A stretch of DNA of 64,000 nt, taken from Candidatus Micrarchaeota archaeon. GTDB taxonomy: Archaea; Micrarchaeota; Micrarchaeia; Anstonellales; Bilamarchaeaceae. Both the position numbers and the translations under genes were made by a program. The stretch is from assembly GCA_040758595.1 (NCBI GenBank), contig JBFLVJ010000002.1, forward strand, positions 38,504-102,503, given 5' to 3'. The notes beneath the pieces were generated by a model. That model was not told the DNA's origin. It did no database searches and saw only the letters and a list, made by a program, of their open reading frames with translations. Positions 37,308 to 46,703 of the stretch are shown here, piece by piece (positions within the stretch are counted from its first letter, which is position 1; each line of letters begins with the position of its first letter).

Positions 37308-38386
37308 CTCCACACCCCATTGACAGGAGTTTTGCAGAACCTGCACTTCCCGCCTTTGATATCGTCCTTCTCCACGCTGAAATACACCCGCTTGATGAGC
37401 GGCTTGCCGCATTCCGGGTTCGGGCAATATGTCGTCTCATACTCGGAATAGCTCGCGGACACGTTTCCGCAATAGACATGCTTCAGCCCTGCCGCCAACC
37501 CTATCTCGCGAGCCCTGACCAGCGTCTCGGGCGGCGTCGGCTCCTTGTCCATGAGCTTGTACGCTGGATAGAAAGCGGTAGCATGCCAGGGCATCTCCTT
37601 GTCTATCCCTGCGAGGAACGAAGCTATGTCCTTCATCTCCTTCTCGCTGTCGTTCAGGCCCGGTATGAAGAGCGTGGTCACTTCCACCCAGAACCCCATC
37701 TCCTTCGCGCGCCTGATGGATTCCTTCACTGGCCCGATGGACGGCACCCTGCATGTCTCCCGATAGAACCTCTCGGTGAACGCCTTCAGGTCTATGTTGA
37801 CCGCGTCTATGCTGCCTTTTATCGCATCCCAGCATTCCTTGGATTCGTAGCCGTTGGTGACATAGACGCCTTTCAGGCCTTTCTTCCTGGCGAGCTTCAT
37901 GACATCGAGCGCATACTCGGTGAATATGGTCGGCTCATTATACGTGAACGATATCGACTCGCACCCGCTTCTTGCGGCCTCGTCCACCACCCGCTCGGGC
38001 GGCCACTCCTCGCAGTTCTTGATGATGCTCTCGAAGAACTTCCTCCATCTGGCAGGGTCCTTCTCCCTGGCCTCGTGCGGGGCCTGGCTGATGTCCCAGT
38101 TCTGGCAATGACCGCATTGATAATTACAGCCGAACGTCCCGATGGAGAAGCTCTTGCTCCCCGGCAGGAAATGGAAAAGCGGCTTCTTTTCTATGGGGTC
38201 GATATTGACCGCGCAGGGCCTGCCATAGACCGTGAGCTTCAGCCTGCCCTTCTCGTTCACCCTGACGCCGCACACCCCTGCCTGGCCTTCGGGTATCTTG
38301 CAGTACCAGCTGCAGGCGGTGCATTGCAGCTTCCCGTCCACCGTCCTGCTCAGCATCTTCATGGAATGGCTTCGAGCCGAGCCCAT
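37304..38386 (-). CDS. AmmeMemoRadiSam system radical SAM enzyme (PflA-like activase family)
   Basis: CNYQCGHCQN (CX3CX2C) plus N-terminal extra Cys cluster (CTACSWYC...CGV). Confidence 0.8.
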   Translation of the reverse strand: MGSARSHSMKMLSRTVDGKLQCTACSWYCKIPEGQAGVCGVRVNEKGRLKLTVYGRPCAVNIDPIEKKPLFHFLPGSKSFSIGTFGCNYQCGHCQNWDISQAPHEAREKDPARWRKFFESIIKNCEEWPPERVVDEAARSGCESISFTYNEPTIFTEYALDVMKLARKKGLKGVYVTNGYESKECWDAIKGSIDAVNIDLKAFTERFYRETCRVPSIGPVKESIRRAKEMGFWVEVTTLFIPGLNDSEKEMKDIASFLAGIDKEMPWHATAFYPAYKLMDKEPTPPETLVRAREIGLAAGLKHVYCGNVSASYSEYETTYCPNPECGKPLIKRVYFSVEKDDIKGGKCRFCKTPVNGVWR

Positions 38387-38469
38387 ATAAGTCTTTCCGG
38401 GCTTCTTACGCCCTTAAAAACCTAACGACTCATACTAACTAGGTTTCTAGTTAGATATCGGTGATTTTA

Positions 38470-39003
38470 ATGGGTATCAGACCTGCAAAAGCCATCAGGG
38501 ATGCTGACAAAGTGGCCTGGACACGGTTCTCCAGGAGCAGACCGCGCAAGTCCTTCATAAAGGCCATGCCGCATGCCAACCTCCACCAGTACAGGATGGG
38601 CGCCATGAAGCCGGACTTCGACCTGGAAGTGAGCCTGGTCAGCGACGAGCCGGTCATAATCCGCGACAACGCCATCGAGAGCGCGAGGCAGAGCTCCAAC
38701 AAGTATCTGGAGTCCGTTGCCCCGGGCAACTACTACTTCGTGGTCAGGGTCTATCCCCACCACGTCATCAGGGAGAACAAGATGATAGCAGGAGCCGGCG
38801 CGGACCGTCTCCAGAAGGGCATGCGCAGGGCTTTCGGAAGGCCGACCGGAAAGGCCGCGAGGCTCAAGAAGGGCAGCAAGCTCTTCACGGTCTACACCTA
38901 CAAGGCCAACGCTCCGCACCTCAAGAAAGCATTCGAGCGGGCGGTGCGCAAGCTCTCCGGCAAGTTCCGTGTGGTGGAGCAGGGCCAACAGCCGGCCGCG
39001 TGA
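38470..39003 (+). CDS. rpl10e: 50S ribosomal protein L10e (uL16)
   Basis: MGIRPAKAIRD...YRMGAMKPDF...GADRLQKGMRRAFGRP. Confidence 0.85.
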   Translation: MGIRPAKAIRDADKVAWTRFSRSRPRKSFIKAMPHANLHQYRMGAMKPDFDLEVSLVSDEPVIIRDNAIESARQSSNKYLESVAPGNYYFVVRVYPHHVIRENKMIAGAGADRLQKGMRRAFGRPTGKAARLKKGSKLFTVYTYKANAPHLKKAFERAVRKLSGKFRVVEQGQQPAA

Positions 39004-39011
39004 GGGTTGCT

Positions 39012-39083
39012 TGTTCCGGGTTCTGGGTTTCGTGTTTTGTCCAAAACCCAAGACCGGAAACTGGAAACCCGAAACCACTGGCG
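39012..39083 (+). repeat. inverted pair of heptamer arrays (long imperfect hairpin) downstream of rpl10e
   Basis: GTTCCGGGTTCTGGGTTTCGTGTTTTG TC CAAAACCCAAGACCGGAAACTGGAAACCCGAAACC. Confidence 0.55.
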
Positions 39084-39218
39084 TCTGTTCGGTATGGCTG
39101 CGCTTTCTGGCGCTTCTGGCCGCCGAAGGCGCTTCCTGAATTTTGGCTTTTTGTGTTTTCTTGTGGTCATATCTTTATAAACTTTGCCTTGCTATATTAC
39201 TACGGGTGAGGTGAGTTT

Positions 39219-41168
39219 TTGGTAGAGGATAGGATCACAGTCGACGAACCGCTGATCAGCACTGATGTGGACAGCCTTATCAGGACCATCGCAGAGAAGA
39301 AGAAGGTCCAGCTCGAAGATCTGAGGCGCGAGTGCAGGATAGACAAGAAGACCATGGACAAGTGGATCGCCGTCCTGGAGGACGAAGGATACATAGACGT
39401 CAAGTACGGCCTCGGCGGCACCAGCATCATCTGGCGCTCGGTCTCTGGAGGCGTCCAGTCCTCTGTAGAGGCCCCGGAGAGGGCCCCGATGTCCTCTCTC
39501 AGGCCAACGCGCATGGTCCCGGAAGCGCGCGTTCCAGAGGGGACGGCCGAGGAGGCTGTTTCGGATGCGGATGAGCCAGCTGACCGGGAGAGCGGGTCCG
39601 AGGAAAAAAGCCTCGCCCACCAGAACCCCGAATTCACATCAGCCGAGCCTCTTGAAGAGATCACCGCGGCTCCAGAGGAGCCCGAAGAGCTTTTGAGCAG
39701 GTACCTCGCCAAGAAGCGCGATGGGGCCGAAGACATAGATTCATTGAAATCCAGCATATTGACAAGCATGGATGATTCATCCAAGCAGGCTGAAGCCGAA
39801 ATCGTCCCGGATGCGGACGAGGAGGACGCGAAGCCCGAGGATGAAGGGCCGGCGCTGGAGATCCTGGACGAAGGGGATTCCGGAGATGAAGAAGTATCCG
39901 GCGAAGAGACCTCAGACGACAAGGCAGAGCTGACGTTCCCGCCCGAAAAGCCTGAGGATAAGCATGAAGAGATGCCGACCATAAGGCCGACAAGGGCCAG
40001 GCCCCCGAGCATCGATGTGCGCGAATTCATGTCCGGCTATCTGGACGAGATAAACAAAGAGAAGAACACCATCGAGCGCCTCAAGAAGGAGAAAGAGGAG
40101 CTCTACCGCGACCGTGTCGCGGCCATGGAGGGCCGCATGCAGGCCGACGTGGTGGTGCTGACCGAGAAGGTCGTAGAAGCCCAGAGCAGGCTGGCCGACC
40201 TGAAGGAGCACGTCCTTGAGCTGCCGGACAAGGTGGATGAATTGGACCGGCTCCAGAAGCAGATGGAAGCCCTGCGCGCCGAGGGCAGGGACGCTCTCGA
40301 GAGGACCCGCGAGAACGCGGATGATTTCCTCTCCCGCCTGCAGGATTCCAAATCAGAGGTGGAGGAGAAACTATCCCAGGCGGGCCTTGACCTGGATTCA
40401 TACTCGGGCAAGATGAAGGAGCTGGAGAGGCTCAATTCATCGCTTGATAGCCGCTCGGTGAAGCTCAAATCCGCCCTGGACTCAGCCAAGTCCCAGGCCG
40501 AGGAGCTGAACGGCGCGATAGCAGCGCTCACTTCGGAGCTTGAGGCCATGGAGAAGGCGAAGGCCGAGATATCCCAGACCGTGGAGACGGCGCGTGCGAG
40601 CGTGGCCGAGCGCGGCTCCGAGCTGGAATCCCTCCAGCAGGAAATCGAGGGCATCGAGCGCATGGAGCATTGGGTGCAGGAGTATGTGCGCGATTACGAG
40701 CAGAAGATAGGGGAGGTGGAGAACTATGTCTCCAAAAGCGATGACGAGATGGCCGAGCTGAAGGAGGCCGCCGAATCGCTCTACCTCAAGAAATATCTGG
40801 GCGAATTGGAGAGCATGACCGAGGCCTACCAGGCCGAGCTCGAGGATGCGGTCTCCCAAGAGGCTTCTATCGAACAGAAGATAGCAGAATCCCGCGACCG
40901 TATAACCGAGCTGGTCAAGGAGAGCCAGGAGATGATCCGCAAGGTGAGGGAGGATTCGCCCGATGCCGGCGAGAAGGAGTTCGGCATCCTTGTGGCCAAG
41001 GCCAAGGCTAAGACGGCCATGACCCGCCGCCTGGTGGAGGAGAAGCAGAACGAGCGCAGGAATCTGGCAACGGAGTCCGACCATACGAGCAAGAGCGCGA
41101 AGATCAGGCCCTCCCAGAGAAAGCCGCTCAGGAAGAAGAGCGCGGCCGCCAAGAAGAAGAGGAAATGA
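39219..41168 (+). CDS. winged-helix N-terminal domain plus acidic linker plus roughly 350-aa coiled coil plus basic tail; function unknown
   Basis: N-terminal wHTH-like segment (SLIRTIAEKKKVQLEDLRRECRIDKKTMDKWIAVLEDEGYIDVKYGLGG). Long heptad-rich region (ELEAMEKAKAEISQTVE...). Tail KKSAAAKKKRK. TTG start. Confidence 0.5.
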   Translation: MVEDRITVDEPLISTDVDSLIRTIAEKKKVQLEDLRRECRIDKKTMDKWIAVLEDEGYIDVKYGLGGTSIIWRSVSGGVQSSVEAPERAPMSSLRPTRMVPEARVPEGTAEEAVSDADEPADRESGSEEKSLAHQNPEFTSAEPLEEITAAPEEPEELLSRYLAKKRDGAEDIDSLKSSILTSMDDSSKQAEAEIVPDADEEDAKPEDEGPALEILDEGDSGDEEVSGEETSDDKAELTFPPEKPEDKHEEMPTIRPTRARPPSIDVREFMSGYLDEINKEKNTIERLKKEKEELYRDRVAAMEGRMQADVVVLTEKVVEAQSRLADLKEHVLELPDKVDELDRLQKQMEALRAEGRDALERTRENADDFLSRLQDSKSEVEEKLSQAGLDLDSYSGKMKELERLNSSLDSRSVKLKSALDSAKSQAEELNGAIAALTSELEAMEKAKAEISQTVETARASVAERGSELESLQQEIEGIERMEHWVQEYVRDYEQKIGEVENYVSKSDDEMAELKEAAESLYLKKYLGELESMTEAYQAELEDAVSQEASIEQKIAESRDRITELVKESQEMIRKVREDSPDAGEKEFGILVAKAKAKTAMTRRLVEEKQNERRNLATESDHTSKSAKIRPSQRKPLRKKSAAAKKKRK

Positions 41169-41172
41169 GCGC

Positions 41173-41931
41173 ATGAGGCGGCGTCCCTTGCATCCTTCCA
41201 TTTCACCAACGGGCGCTCTAGCATCCTTAGCGCTTTCGGCAGGCTTGGCGATATCCTGCGGCAAAAGCGAGGCGCCTGCCAAAAAACCGAGAGCGTTCGA
41301 GGCGCCTAAGGATTCAATGGTGGCAGGTCCTGAAGCCGCAATCAAGAGGAGCGACGTGCCCAAGATCGAGAGCAGGATCATAAAAGCCGGAGACTACATG
41401 CTCTACCGGAATGTCCTCGGGGATGGGACCGATTCACAGCTCGACGTCTTCCGGGTCCTCGATTCCGGAGTGGAATTCAAGGTCGGGGGAGACTTCGCGG
41501 CCGAGCGTCCGGATAGGGTGCTGTTCGTGAAATACGGCGAGCGGAAGGAAGCGGCGACGTTCCTGCTGGAGGCGGATACGGAAGTGCGCAAAGGCAAGCA
41601 GGCCGGAGCGGCAGAGCTCATCCTCACCTATTTGCCCAAGGACAAGCGAGATGTCTGTTTCAGGAAGGGCTCCAAGACGCTCAAGAGCGGGGAGCATCTC
41701 TTCAAGGACAGCCTCCTCTTCAGCAGGAGAAGCCGCAATTCGCTCAAGCTGGTGCGCGCCAATCTATGGGGCGTGGAGCTGGAATGGGACGGGAAAGAGA
41801 AGCACACCTGGATAAAGTTCGGCAAGAGAAGGAGTTATGGCGAGAACCTGCTGACCGTCACTATAACGCCCAGATACGGGGGAACGCCAGGCAGCGCGGC
41901 ATTTGATACCATCTATCCCGTCCTCGAATAG
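41173..41931 (+). CDS. secreted lipoprotein, unknown function
   Basis: Signal plus lipobox-like LAISCGKS. Confidence 0.45.
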   Translation: MRRRPLHPSISPTGALASLALSAGLAISCGKSEAPAKKPRAFEAPKDSMVAGPEAAIKRSDVPKIESRIIKAGDYMLYRNVLGDGTDSQLDVFRVLDSGVEFKVGGDFAAERPDRVLFVKYGERKEAATFLLEADTEVRKGKQAGAAELILTYLPKDKRDVCFRKGSKTLKSGEHLFKDSLLFSRRSRNSLKLVRANLWGVELEWDGKEKHTWIKFGKRRSYGENLLTVTITPRYGGTPGSAAFDTIYPVLE

Positions 41932-41934
41932 ATG

Positions 41935-42531
41935 CTAGAGCCTCAGCTGCTCTCTCTTTTCGCTCCTGCTACGCGCATCATCCACCATGGCCAGCCAGGA
42001 ATCCCCTATCTTCATGAAATAGTTGCCGAAAGTCTTGGAGAGCGATATCCGCATGGGCCTGAATTTCCGTTTGCTCTCCACGGCCACCACGGTGTCCCGC
42101 TCGACCTTGACCATCCCGACCCGCTTCAGCCTGGGCAGGACGCGGTTGTAGAATGTCGCCTTGGAGACCTCGTTCTCCCGCACATAAGCCGCTATCTCCT
42201 CGCCTGACACCTGCGTCTTTCCTGAAAGCAGGTTCAGGAAGCCAAGCGCTATCTCATAGTATCTCGGCTGGTACTTCTTGGAGAATATGAAATTGGTCAA
42301 TTCCTCGACGTTCCAGGGGTTCCTGGTGAGGTTCTCGTTCCGATCCTGGAATGAGCGCAGCTCGTCGCTGTCATGCCGGGGGAGATAGATCGATTCGGAG
42401 GACGGCACTCCCCGGGAGGAGATGAGTTTCGGGTTCTGGGTCTCGTGTTTCGGGTCTTGTCTCTCGGGTTCCGTATCATCGGTCTCCTGTTCCCGGTTCC
42501 CGGCCGCCGGTTCTGTGTCCTGCTCGCTCAT
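41935..42531 (-). CDS. putative wHTH transcription regulator with heptamer-repeat-encoded acidic N-terminus
   Basis: C-terminal SKATFYNRVLPRLKRVGMVKVER (HTH-like). The first roughly 30 codons are the GTTTCGG repeat array. Confidence 0.45.
   Translation of the reverse strand: MSEQDTEPAAGNREQETDDTEPERQDPKHETQNPKLISSRGVPSSESIYLPRHDSDELRSFQDRNENLTRNPWNVEELTNFIFSKKYQPRYYEIALGFLNLLSGKTQVSGEEIAAYVRENEVSKATFYNRVLPRLKRVGMVKVERDTVVAVESKRKFRPMRISLSKTFGNYFMKIGDSWLAMVDDARSRSEKREQLRL
42419..42500 (+). repeat. longest heptamer array: 11 tandem degenerate units GTTTCGG GTTCTGG GTCTCGT GTTTCGG GTCTTGT CTCTCGG GTTCCGT ATCATCG GTCTCCT GTTCCCG GTTCCCG
   Basis: Direct 7-nt periodicity. Lies inside the 5' end of the minus-strand ORF 41935-42531. 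Confidence 0.65.
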
Positions 42532-42579
42532 GCTGGGAAATAGCGAAGAATGAATAAAAGGTTTACCGTCACGGTGGAG

Positions 42580-42891
42580 CTATTCGCCGAAGATAGAGCC
42601 GAGCCCGCCCTCGGCGGCCTCCTCTTCCTGCCGTATCTTCTCCGCGATCCTCTTCTCGACATCTGCAGGGGCGGGCTTGGCGACGTCCTTCAGCCTCTCA
42701 TCCGCTTTCTTGATGAAGTCGTCCGCGGCCTTGATGTAGATATACGTCTTGGTCTTGTCCTCTTCCAGGACTCCCCCGTCCTTCACCTTGTAGCCCACCC
42801 GGGCGAAGCTGTCGTCAGCGTAGGGGTCGGCCTCCAGTATCTTGGTCAGCTCTGCCTTCTTTCCGGATTCGCATTCGTACACCCGTATCAT
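42580..42891 (-). CDS. hypothetical small acidic protein
   Basis: 103 aa; no recognised domain. 4-nt overlap with the upstream membrane-protein gene. Confidence 0.4.
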   Translation of the reverse strand: MIRVYECESGKKAELTKILEADPYADDSFARVGYKVKDGGVLEEDKTKTYIYIKAADDFIKKADERLKDVAKPAPADVEKRIAEKIRQEEEAAEGGLGSIFGE

Positions 42892-43631
42892 TCTTCCTCT
42901 CCCTCCTTGAGCTTGAGCGAATCCTCCATCATGACCGCCATGGCCGCATAGAGCAGCGGGTAAGCGAAGAATATGGTCACGAACTGGACGAACGGTATGA
43001 AGTTCAGGGCCCAGACGATGGCGAACATCACATACATGCCGATGAAGAAGATGTGCTTCCTGCGCATGAACTCGAATGCATGCTTCATGGCGGCATAGGT
43101 GCCCATGTTGAAGGCTCCCGCAGCGATGAACGCAGGGGTGAAGAGCATGTGGACCACGAAGGTCACCGAGAGCACGTACATCCAGAGGAGCAGATCCATG
43201 TACTGGACTCCGTCCAGCATGTAGAGATACAGGCCGATGGCCGGCCCGGCCAATAGCAGCCAGAACAGGTCGCGCACCAGCATGATGCCGAACATCTCCA
43301 CGCTCTTCTCCAAGACATACGTGTAGAACTTGGTGAGGCTGGTCTTCTCATCCCAGACCGCCGAGCGGTAGGCCTTCGCAAGCGCCGCGTTCAGGCCGTT
43401 GGTGAAGAACACGAACACCAGGCCTATGACGCCGAATATGGCCATGGTCGGGAGCGAGTCCAGTTCCAGCGCCCGATCGAACATCGAGAGCACCATGAAA
43501 TAGGCTAGCAGCACCCCGACCGCCGCGAAGAAGAACGCGAGCAGCAGGATAATGTACATCAGGGAACTCCACACGAACAGGAACGGCTTCTTCGAATAGC
43601 TGTTGAACGCTTTCGTTATGCTCTCTATCAA
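42888..43631 (-). CDS. polytopic membrane protein, unknown function
   Basis: About 6 TM helices; acidic C-terminus. Confidence 0.45.
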   Translation of the reverse strand: MIESITKAFNSYSKKPFLFVWSSLMYIILLLAFFFAAVGVLLAYFMVLSMFDRALELDSLPTMAIFGVIGLVFVFFTNGLNAALAKAYRSAVWDEKTSLTKFYTYVLEKSVEMFGIMLVRDLFWLLLAGPAIGLYLYMLDGVQYMDLLLWMYVLSVTFVVHMLFTPAFIAAGAFNMGTYAAMKHAFEFMRRKHIFFIGMYVMFAIVWALNFIPFVQFVTIFFAYPLLYAAMAVMMEDSLKLKEGEEE

Positions 43632-43687
43632 GACGCCTCACCTTTCGATAGCTCTAACAAGGCAAATTATTTAAACTACGCTTCCGT

Positions 43688-45175
43688 TTGAGAATCAGGG
43701 ATATCATGAATGTACCCAGATGCATGAGCACCCAGCACCCGGACAATGTCGCCACCCCATTCTTCTCCGACTCGGACATCCTCGCAGGGACCGCAGAGGT
43801 CAAGGAGGCGTTCTTCGTATTCTCCCAGCTCGGATGCAAAGAGCAGATGTGGGATTCAGAAGGCAAGGAGGCCGACAACCAGGTGGTGGAGAAACTGCTC
43901 TCGCGCTACCACGATTTCTTCTCCAAGAACAGGCTGGGCAAGGACCTTTTCCTCACCTACCGAGCTCCTAACCCCTCTGTCGAGAAGGCGCAGGGCAAGA
44001 TACTCCTGGAGACGCTGCACACCATCCCGCGCGCCTACGATGTGGCCTGCGCTGCAGGCATGGATGTGGCGCCGATATTCGAAGTGATAATCCCGATGAC
44101 CACGACGCACCTCGAGCTGCAGCGGGTGCGCGACTACTACGAGCAGGTCTTGATAGGACAGAAGACCATGAAGCTGGGAAAGGAGAGGATATCCGTCAAG
44201 GAGTGGGTGGGCGATTTCCAGCCTGAGCGCATCAACGTGATACCGCTCTTCGAGGACCTTCCATCGATGTGCGGCTGCGATTCCATCGTCTCGAAATATC
44301 TCTCAGGCATGAAGGATGTGGAGCACCAGCGCGTCTTCCTGGCAAGGAGCGACCCTGCCCTCAACTACGGCTCGGCGAGCGCGGTGCTGATATCCAAGAT
44401 AGCGCTCCAGAGGCTCCACGAGCTCGAGGAGAAGAGCTCCATAGACATCCTGCCGATAATCGGAGTGGGCGGCGCCCCCTTCCGCGGCAACTTCACCCCG
44501 CTGAATGTGAGCAATTGCGGCGAGGAATATCCGAGCGTCCAGACATACACCGTCCAGTCCTCGTTCAAGTACGACCACACGTTCCGGGACACGGCCAACG
44601 CCATAGATATCATCAACCACATGCACCGGAAGCCGCCTATCGCGATAGATGAGGAGCGCGCCCTCTCTTTCGTGAAGAAGATACGGAAGGAGTACGAGCT
44701 CCAGCTGCAGGAGATGGCGGATGTGATAAACGGAGTCTCCGTCTTCGTGCCTGGCAGGCGCGCGAGGAAATTGCACGTCGGTCTCTTCGGCTATTCCCGC
44801 CAGCCCATGAAAGGGATGAAGCTGCCCAGGGCGATAAAGTTCTGCGGTGCTTTCTACTCGATCGGCATCCCGCCGGAGCTCCTAGGCCTCTCGGCCCTCA
44901 GCGAGAAGGAGTTCGACGAGTTGCATTCCCTCTATGTGAAGCTGGACGAGGACCTCCTCGCAGCGACCAGATACCTGGATAAATCGAACCTCGGACGGAT
45001 GCCGGCCAAGGTCCGCGAGGGCATAAAGAAGGTGCTCTCCTGGATAGAGCCCGAGCCGGATGAGGACCACGCCCAGATAACCTCCAGGATTTACGAGAAT
45101 TTCCTGGCCGGCAGGCACACCAACCTGACCGAGGATGTCAAGGCCGCGGCATGGAAGCGGCGCTTCCTCGGCTGA
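43688..45175 (+). CDS. ppcA: phosphoenolpyruvate carboxylase, archaeal type
   Basis: N-terminal MSTQHPDN motif and about 495-aa length typical of archaeal-type PEPC. Confidence 0.8.
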   Translation: MRIRDIMNVPRCMSTQHPDNVATPFFSDSDILAGTAEVKEAFFVFSQLGCKEQMWDSEGKEADNQVVEKLLSRYHDFFSKNRLGKDLFLTYRAPNPSVEKAQGKILLETLHTIPRAYDVACAAGMDVAPIFEVIIPMTTTHLELQRVRDYYEQVLIGQKTMKLGKERISVKEWVGDFQPERINVIPLFEDLPSMCGCDSIVSKYLSGMKDVEHQRVFLARSDPALNYGSASAVLISKIALQRLHELEEKSSIDILPIIGVGGAPFRGNFTPLNVSNCGEEYPSVQTYTVQSSFKYDHTFRDTANAIDIINHMHRKPPIAIDEERALSFVKKIRKEYELQLQEMADVINGVSVFVPGRRARKLHVGLFGYSRQPMKGMKLPRAIKFCGAFYSIGIPPELLGLSALSEKEFDELHSLYVKLDEDLLAATRYLDKSNLGRMPAKVREGIKKVLSWIEPEPDEDHAQITSRIYENFLAGRHTNLTEDVKAAAWKRRFLG

Positions 45176-45253
45176 ACCCACCTTGAGCCAGTTAAGCGGA
45201 CATTTAAACATTCCTCCATATTATCACGTTCGAGACGCGGCAGGTGCCCCCAT

Positions 45254-46669
45254 ATGACAACACTCAGATACGTCACCAAGAGGGATGGCAGCAAGGAGCC
45301 ATTCGACCCGCTGAAGATAAAGCGGGCGATACGGAAAGCCGTCTTGGCTGTCAAGGGCTCGCACCGCCCGAGCGCGACCGCCACCCTCTTCACCATGGAG
45401 GTCGTCGGCAAGCTGAAGCATAGGTTCTCTTCCCAGGACGCCCCGCACGTGGAGACGATACAGGATGTGGTGGGCGATGTGCTGCATCACGACCTCGCCC
45501 GCGGCACAGGGTCCATATCCTCCAGGCCGGAGAGCCTGTGGATGGCATACATGCTATACCGTGAAGGGCACCGGCTGGTGCGGAACGGCGATCTGGAACC
45601 CGACAATTTCTATCCGGACACGAGGCCGATCGATAAGATAAACGCCTTGCGCGGCTGGAACCGCGAGATGGGATGCGATACGGTCAAGGGACTCAATGAC
45701 TGGGCGCTCCGGCGCGATATGCGCGAGTTGATCGTTGCTGCCGAGAGACGTAGCGACGAGGAGCTGATCCAGGTCGTTGAGAAGCTCGATAGCGCCCTCA
45801 AGGAGGGTCGGCTCAAGGCGATTCTCATGACCGGGCCATCATCATCGGGCAAGACAGTGACCACAAGAAGGGCGGTCCATCTGCTATCGAAGCTGCACCG
45901 CGGGATAAAGTTCGTCCCCATGGAAGTCGACATGTACTTCAGGGACAACCGCTACAGCGAGACGCTCTATTACGATGTGGATGGGAAGAGGGTCAAGGAC
46001 GTCAACTTCGAGCTTCCAGAGACCTACGATATCCCTCTCTTCAACGAGCACCTGGCTGCCCTGCTAAGAGGGGAATCCATCATGGTGCCAAGATACAACT
46101 TCTCCAGCGGGCGGAGGGAGGGCGAGAGCCACCCGCTCTCCCTAGGCGAGAACGAGGTGCTGCTGATTGACTGCATGCACGCCCTCTTCCCGGCCCTCAC
46201 AGAAGCCATACCCGCAGAGATGAAGACCAAGGTGTTCATAGAGCCGCTATCGGTCCTGTCGGACTCCAACGGACAGCCAGTCTACCTGACCGATATCCGC
46301 CTGATGCGCAGGCTCATCCGGGATGTGCGGATGCGCGGATATCCCATGGCCACCACCCTTTGGCATTGGCACCTGGTGCGCAAGGGCGAAAGGTTCATAC
46401 TACCTTATGTGCACAGCGCAGATATATTCATAGACAGCGGCCTGCCTTACGAGACGCCGGTGCTAAAACGGTTCGTGGAGGCCGAGATCAAGGCGCTCCT
46501 GCCTCTATTCGAGCGCAACCCGGACCTCTTCGACGGCAGGGAGAGGGCCAAGCGGATACTCCGGCTGCTATCGCAGCTGCATCCTGCATCCGAGACGCAT
46601 CTGGACGATATCCCTCCGGGTTCGGTCCTGCGCGAGTTCATAGGGGGGAGCATGTTCTTCGACAAGTGA
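45254..46669 (+). CDS. ATP-cone domain plus P-loop nucleoside kinase (uridine kinase/PRK family)
   Basis: N-terminal ATP-cone (VTKRDGSKEPFDPLKIKRAIRKA). Walker A ILMTGPSSSGKTVT. Confidence 0.6.
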   Translation: MTTLRYVTKRDGSKEPFDPLKIKRAIRKAVLAVKGSHRPSATATLFTMEVVGKLKHRFSSQDAPHVETIQDVVGDVLHHDLARGTGSISSRPESLWMAYMLYREGHRLVRNGDLEPDNFYPDTRPIDKINALRGWNREMGCDTVKGLNDWALRRDMRELIVAAERRSDEELIQVVEKLDSALKEGRLKAILMTGPSSSGKTVTTRRAVHLLSKLHRGIKFVPMEVDMYFRDNRYSETLYYDVDGKRVKDVNFELPETYDIPLFNEHLAALLRGESIMVPRYNFSSGRREGESHPLSLGENEVLLIDCMHALFPALTEAIPAEMKTKVFIEPLSVLSDSNGQPVYLTDIRLMRRLIRDVRMRGYPMATTLWHWHLVRKGERFILPYVHSADIFIDSGLPYETPVLKRFVEAEIKALLPLFERNPDLFDGRERAKRILRLLSQLHPASETHLDDIPPGSVLREFIGGSMFFDK

Positions 46670-46703
46670 TGCCTGTTTTAAGGATTTCCGGCCTATCCTA
46701 TCC

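Noticed and set aside
36075-38425. Two long plus-strand ORFs (358 and 315 aa) over the Memo and radical SAM genes
   Set aside because: The minus-strand products carry Memo and CX3CX2C radical-SAM signatures. The plus-strand frames are Arg/Pro/Leu-rich with no motifs.
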